Part shown: positions 60,198-64,000 of the stretch, piece after piece
How the letters are laid out: each line of letters begins with the position of its first letter
Position numbering within the stretch: the first letter of the stretch is position 1
NCBI GenBank assembly: GCA_038207495.1
Contig: JBBQZS010000012.1
Coordinates: forward strand, 41,699-105,698
Direction: 5' to 3'
Origin: Chloroflexia bacterium
GTDB taxonomy: Bacteria > Chloroflexota > Chloroflexia > Chloroheliales > Chloroheliaceae
DNA: 64,000 bases
Notes under the pieces: model-generated
The model's input: the letters and a program-made list of their open reading frames with translations, nothing else
Databases searched by the model: none
Told to the model about the DNA's origin: nothing
Program-made: the position numbers and the translations under genes

Positions 60198-60579
60198 TAG
60201 GAACAACGGAATAAAAAGGGTTTCTGGTTGTTAGTTGTTGGTTGTTAGTTGTTGGTTGTTAGTTTGTAGGGGTAGACCATGTGTCTACCCTGAGAATGAC
60301 TCATACAAAGGCAGACATGTCCCCTACCGTTAAATTCCTGCGAACCTATCAATTACATCCAGGCTTTATTTAATTGTTCACCAAAGAGGCAGAGCGTAAG
60401 CTTCCAACTTGTTAGACAGAGTACACAGGGAAAATTAAACCGCCAAGTCGCCAAGAACTCCAAGTAATTTCATTTTTTCTTGGTGACCTGGTGACCTGGC
60501 GGTTTGTACACTTATTTTCAGGAGTCAGGGGGAGGGCTAAAGGTTTTATTCAGCCTTCATCCCTCCTCCTTCGTCCTTC

Positions 60580-61959
60580 TTAGCTATTAGTCGTGATGTT
60601 AGCCCCATCCTGTGGTTTGGTGCCGTTCTCAACCCAACCCCGAACCGAGTTCCAGGCGGAATTAATTTGGCCGGGGGCAAAGTAACAGTGGGCTGGGCCG
60701 CTCTTGGAGAGGTCAGCCAGGTTTACCGGAGCAGCGTCTACCACCTGTTGGGCAAAGTTCCCCAGATTATTCTGGGCGGCTACTTTGGCCCGAAGTAGCG
60801 GCTCTTGCTCGTAGGGAACGAGCGGGTCAATGGTGTTGTGGATACTGAGTAGTTTGGTAGCAAAGCTGCCGGAAGGGGTAAACCAGTTGTTGATGTAATT
60901 TAGTGCGCCAGAACTAGCCTCAAAGCGTTGGATTCCGGCGTTCAAAGCCACATCATCATCCGAACCCTTGTATTCCTTGCCAACGTTAGAGTAGGGCAAA
61001 CCCCCTGACGTTTCAAGTAAATCAACCGTGCCCGAACTATCCCCGCCCAGGGCTGTAATGAAAGAAATAGGGTCGGGATTTGCCCCGGTTATGACCGAAA
61101 TCTGGCGGATAATATTGGCAAATTGAGGGTTTTTGGCCGCAACCGTAAAAAGGGACACTACCGAAGTGACGGTGTTAGTCAGACTGGAGTCAGGGTTAGG
61201 GGTAACTACATCGTCGGCGTTTGGTAACTTAAACGGCGCGCCTAGCGGTTTGGTGAAATAGCTATAGACCAGCGCGAAATCGGTGAGATAACGGATTTCC
61301 TCGTACCAACCTGCGACTACCCCACACAAAGTAATTGTTCCGGTGTAATCGTTGGGATATTTCTCCACCAGACCCATACTTATATTCCCACCCATCGAAA
61401 CACCGACCAGATATGTTCGCTTTGTACCCATATAGCTAACCAGCCGATGTAACAGATTGGTATGGAACATTCCGTCCTTGACGGCATAACCCAACTTGCT
61501 ATATTCGGAATGACCAGTGGCAAAGCCCTGGAGGAAAGCCGACTGGGTAAAAAACAACTCCTCATTGGCATGTCTTGCCAGCTTTAAGCCAGTTGGCCCC
61601 TCGGTTGGCCCGGTGTAGCCGTGTGCATATAATACGAACTGGCGATTCCAGTTTGCCGGGAAGCGCAGGGAAAACTCCGCTCCTTCCAGTTTGCCCGCAA
61701 TATAAACGGTGCCCTTGGCATCATAGGATATTGCGACGTTGGTAACCTGTAGTCCAGGGCGCAAAATAAGGCCCGGTTTATCAAGTTCCATCTGGTCAGA
61801 AGGTGGCAGATTAGTCAAAGTCAGGTGGGTCACGGCCTGGGAAAAGAGTTCCTCAATGCTGAATTGCTCAGATTCCTGGGCCTGGGCAATTGGCAGCACG
61901 AACAGGGACATCATAAACAATATGACCCAGAATAACCTTTGTGGTTTATATTTCAACAT
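60580..61959 (-). CDS. secreted alpha/beta hydrolase (esterase-like)
   Basis: Signal peptide ending AQA; YAHGY oxyanion segment, GVSMGG nucleophile, HNTIDPLV, AHCYF. Confidence 0.75.
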   Translation of the reverse strand: MLKYKPQRLFWVILFMMSLFVLPIAQAQESEQFSIEELFSQAVTHLTLTNLPPSDQMELDKPGLILRPGLQVTNVAISYDAKGTVYIAGKLEGAEFSLRFPANWNRQFVLYAHGYTGPTEGPTGLKLARHANEELFFTQSAFLQGFATGHSEYSKLGYAVKDGMFHTNLLHRLVSYMGTKRTYLVGVSMGGNISMGLVEKYPNDYTGTITLCGVVAGWYEEIRYLTDFALVYSYFTKPLGAPFKLPNADDVVTPNPDSSLTNTVTSVVSLFTVAAKNPQFANIIRQISVITGANPDPISFITALGGDSSGTVDLLETSGGLPYSNVGKEYKGSDDDVALNAGIQRFEASSGALNYINNWFTPSGSFATKLLSIHNTIDPLVPYEQEPLLRAKVAAQNNLGNFAQQVVDAAPVNLADLSKSGPAHCYFAPGQINSAWNSVRGWVENGTKPQDGANITTNS

Positions 61960-62005
61960 AGCTTCTCCTTAATTTTTGGGGTGGCAACGCTGCCTTCCTC
62001 ACTCA

Positions 62006-62701
62006 CTAAATTTTGTCGGCGTTGAAGCTTACTACCGCGAATTGACCGCTAATGTTGCCATAGGCCGTAACCTTGTAGGTGCCAGAGGTCCCTGGGAAGT
62101 AAAAACCTATCCAGGGAGAGGCTGGCATCGTGCCATCACCATTGGCGTAGTAATAGCCTACGCCCAACACTGAGCCAATTCCATCGGTAATCCAGGTTGA
62201 AATTTTCTCACCGGGCGACCAGTTTGCCCCGTTAAAGGTTACAACTACTATCGATTCGTCCAGGTTAAAGCTACGGGTTACTTCCATCGTGGGTTTTAGC
62301 AGGGTAAAGTTGACGATTCCCTGATTGCCAGAATTGTCCCCTTGTACCGTAACCGCCCAGGCTCCAGGAGTACCTGCCAAAATTGTAGTAGCGGGGGTGA
62401 AACCACTGAAGGAACCGTCACCTCCGGCGTTAAGATAGCCCAGATCTATTACGGTTCTACCCGGACCGGAAGCCCAGATTGCAATTCTCTCTCCACCACT
62501 AAAACCGCTCCCACTAAGACTGAGCGGTTGACCATAGCGAACCGTGCTACTGGCAAGACTAAACGAAGCCGCCGCGTGGGCAGGTTTGGCAGTAAAAGTT
62601 ACTAGAAACAGACCCACTAGCAAGACCATAACGAACAGCAAATTCAGGCCCCGACCTTGCCCGACTCGTGAAGGTTGGCGAAATAAACTTTGGTGCATCA
62701 T
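62006..62701 (-). CDS. secreted protein with two beta-rich repeats
   Basis: Signal peptide ending AHA; repeated GSGFSGGERIAIW / GANWSPGEKISTW. Confidence 0.7.
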   Translation of the reverse strand: MMHQSLFRQPSRVGQGRGLNLLFVMVLLVGLFLVTFTAKPAHAAASFSLASSTVRYGQPLSLSGSGFSGGERIAIWASGPGRTVIDLGYLNAGGDGSFSGFTPATTILAGTPGAWAVTVQGDNSGNQGIVNFTLLKPTMEVTRSFNLDESIVVVTFNGANWSPGEKISTWITDGIGSVLGVGYYYANGDGTMPASPWIGFYFPGTSGTYKVTAYGNISGQFAVVSFNADKI

Positions 62702-62872
62702 TGCTCCTTTCTGTTTTCGCAGATTTCAAATGACTGGTATTTTGGTAGTCGCGCCACTGTGAGGTGCACACAGGGTATTAATGATTCTTTAATGTGATAA
62801 AAATATTATAGCACAGGATGTTGGAGAAAGGATGAAGGATGAGGGATGAAGAATGAAAAAGCAGGGAATTTC

Positions 62873-62955
62873 GTTGGGGCTGGCCTTGTCCCCAAAGGGG
62901 AGGCTTCGCGCTGCCTGGGCGGGGTTAACCGGACAACCACAAGGGTAGTCCCTAC
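62873..62955 (-). repeat. inverted copy of the 85-bp REP-like element
   Basis: Reverse complement GTAGGGACTACCCTTGTGGTTGTCC...CAGGCAGCGCGAAGCCTCCCCTTTGGGGACAAGGCCAGCCCCAAC. Confidence 0.8.
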
Positions 62956-62964
62956 GACCTGGAT

Positions 62965-64000
62965 TCAATCCGGCAAACTGGAAGAAGGAAATATCAGGCT
63001 AAAGGTCGAACCGAGGTTAGGAGTGCTTTGTAATTCTATGCGGCCTCCCTGCGCTTCTACGGCCATTTTGCAAAAAGTCAGGCCTAGCCCGCTATCGGTG
63101 CGCGAACCACCCTGCCGCACCGTAGCCTGGGTATATCGCTCGAAAATCCGCTTCTGGTCTTCCATAGCGATGCCTTCGCCCTCGTCCTTTACCGCAATCA
63201 GGAGGCCAGGTTTGAGGGAGTTAGCAATTCCTTGAGTTTTGAGGGTAACATTCCCCCCGTGTACACTATGCTTGATTGCATTTGTTACCAGATTTACCAG
63301 CACCCGGCTCATCAGACCCCAATCCAGGGTATAGACCAATTCTGGCTGGGGACATTCGAGCTGAATGTTCACTCCATAACTCTGGGCCATCCAGTTCAAA
63401 TTTTCGGCGACCTGTTGCAGCACCTCACAGGCGGAGTTTTCAGACAGATTCAGAGCTAATTTGCCTTCCTCCATGCGCTGGAGGTCTAGAATCATATTGG
63501 TCATATCAAGTAAGCTACGCCCATTACGCTGGATTCGCTGCAAAATATCCAGTTGATTAATGGGGATTGAGTCGTCAATCTCTTCTTCCAGAATAATATC
63601 AACATAGCTGGAAATAGCCATCAGGGGGGTTTTCATATCATGAACAATCATGTGGGTCAGGTCGCTACGGATTTTCTCAAGGTGGCGGGCGGCTAATAAC
63701 CGCCGCACCCGTTGGCGCAACACCGCCCAATGAATCGGCTTGGTAATATAATCGGTAGCACCAGCCGCAAAGGCCTTGTCTACCGAGGTATTATCCTCTA
63801 ACGCCGTAACCATCAAAATGGGTAATTGTTCACCCTGGGGTAATTGGCGGAGTTGGGCACAGGCCTCGAACCCGTCCAGAATCGGCATCATTCCATCCAG
63901 CAAAACCAAATCCGGGCGAAATTTGTTATATTTTTCCAGGCAATCCTCGCCATCTTCAGCTTCAATGACCTCATATCCCTCCCGCTCCATCACTCGGCGG
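62965..64000 (-). CDS. response regulator-histidine kinase hybrid (REC-HisKA-HATPase), 5' end outside the window
   Basis: LVLLDGMMP...YITKP; MIVHDMKTPL; DEGEGI, GLGLTF. Confidence 0.9.
   Translation of the reverse strand, partial: RRVMEREGYEVIEAEDGEDCLEKYNKFRPDLVLLDGMMPILDGFEACAQLRQLPQGEQLPILMVTALEDNTSVDKAFAAGATDYITKPIHWAVLRQRVRRLLAARHLEKIRSDLTHMIVHDMKTPLMAISSYVDIILEEEIDDSIPINQLDILQRIQRNGRSLLDMTNMILDLQRMEEGKLALNLSENSACEVLQQVAENLNWMAQSYGVNIQLECPQPELVYTLDWGLMSRVLVNLVTNAIKHSVHGGNVTLKTQGIANSLKPGLLIAVKDEGEGIAMEDQKRIFERYTQATVRQGGSRTDSGLGLTFCKMAVEAQGGRIELQSTPNLGSTFSLIFPSSSLPD

Noticed and set aside
13577-60265. Tandem heptamer arrays and REP doublets as CRISPR arrays
   Set aside because: There is no constant 23-47 bp repeat with unique spacers, and no cas genes.
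62846-63235. 129-aa plus-strand ORF
   Set aside because: It is built from heptamer and REP repeat DNA plus the antisense of the kinase gene.

Overview
64-kb bacterial chromosomal window. Gene content (Chloroflexota-type secreted proteins, ACG-lipobox lipoproteins, AAIEAAGAG-type MCPs) suggests phylum Chloroflexota; this is an inference. Housekeeping loci: gyrB-like, glpX-acuA, nrdR/class II RNR, moeZ-cysO-cysM, nadX, topA, polyprenyl synthase, ABC exporters, MCPs, hybrid kinase. Four things stand out. (1) A ~14-kb co-oriented hydroquinone catabolic operon (46.3-60.0 kb): two-subunit cupin hydroquinone dioxygenase, semialdehyde dehydrogenase, maleylacetate reductase, 3-oxoadipate CoA-transferase, thiolase, ABC importer and IclR regulator, with a sigma70 promoter and tandem PcaR/PobR-like operators. 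(2) Isolated AT-rich single-gene inserts between housekeeping genes, including a PLD + DpnI-type winged-helix candidate 6mA-dependent restriction enzyme and a PD-(D/E)XK-like nuclease. (3) Dense non-coding repeats: GTAG(GG)...(CC)CTAC REP-like palindromes, a ~118-bp MITE-like element with a perfect 8-bp target duplication, and heptamer tandem arrays partly translated into protein N-termini. (4) A ubiquitin-like sulfur carrier whose C-terminal GG is masked by Lys, with no JAMM protease in its operon. I saw no rRNA, tRNA, CRISPR array, transposase or integrase. All family assignments come from motif recognition by eye, not database searches.
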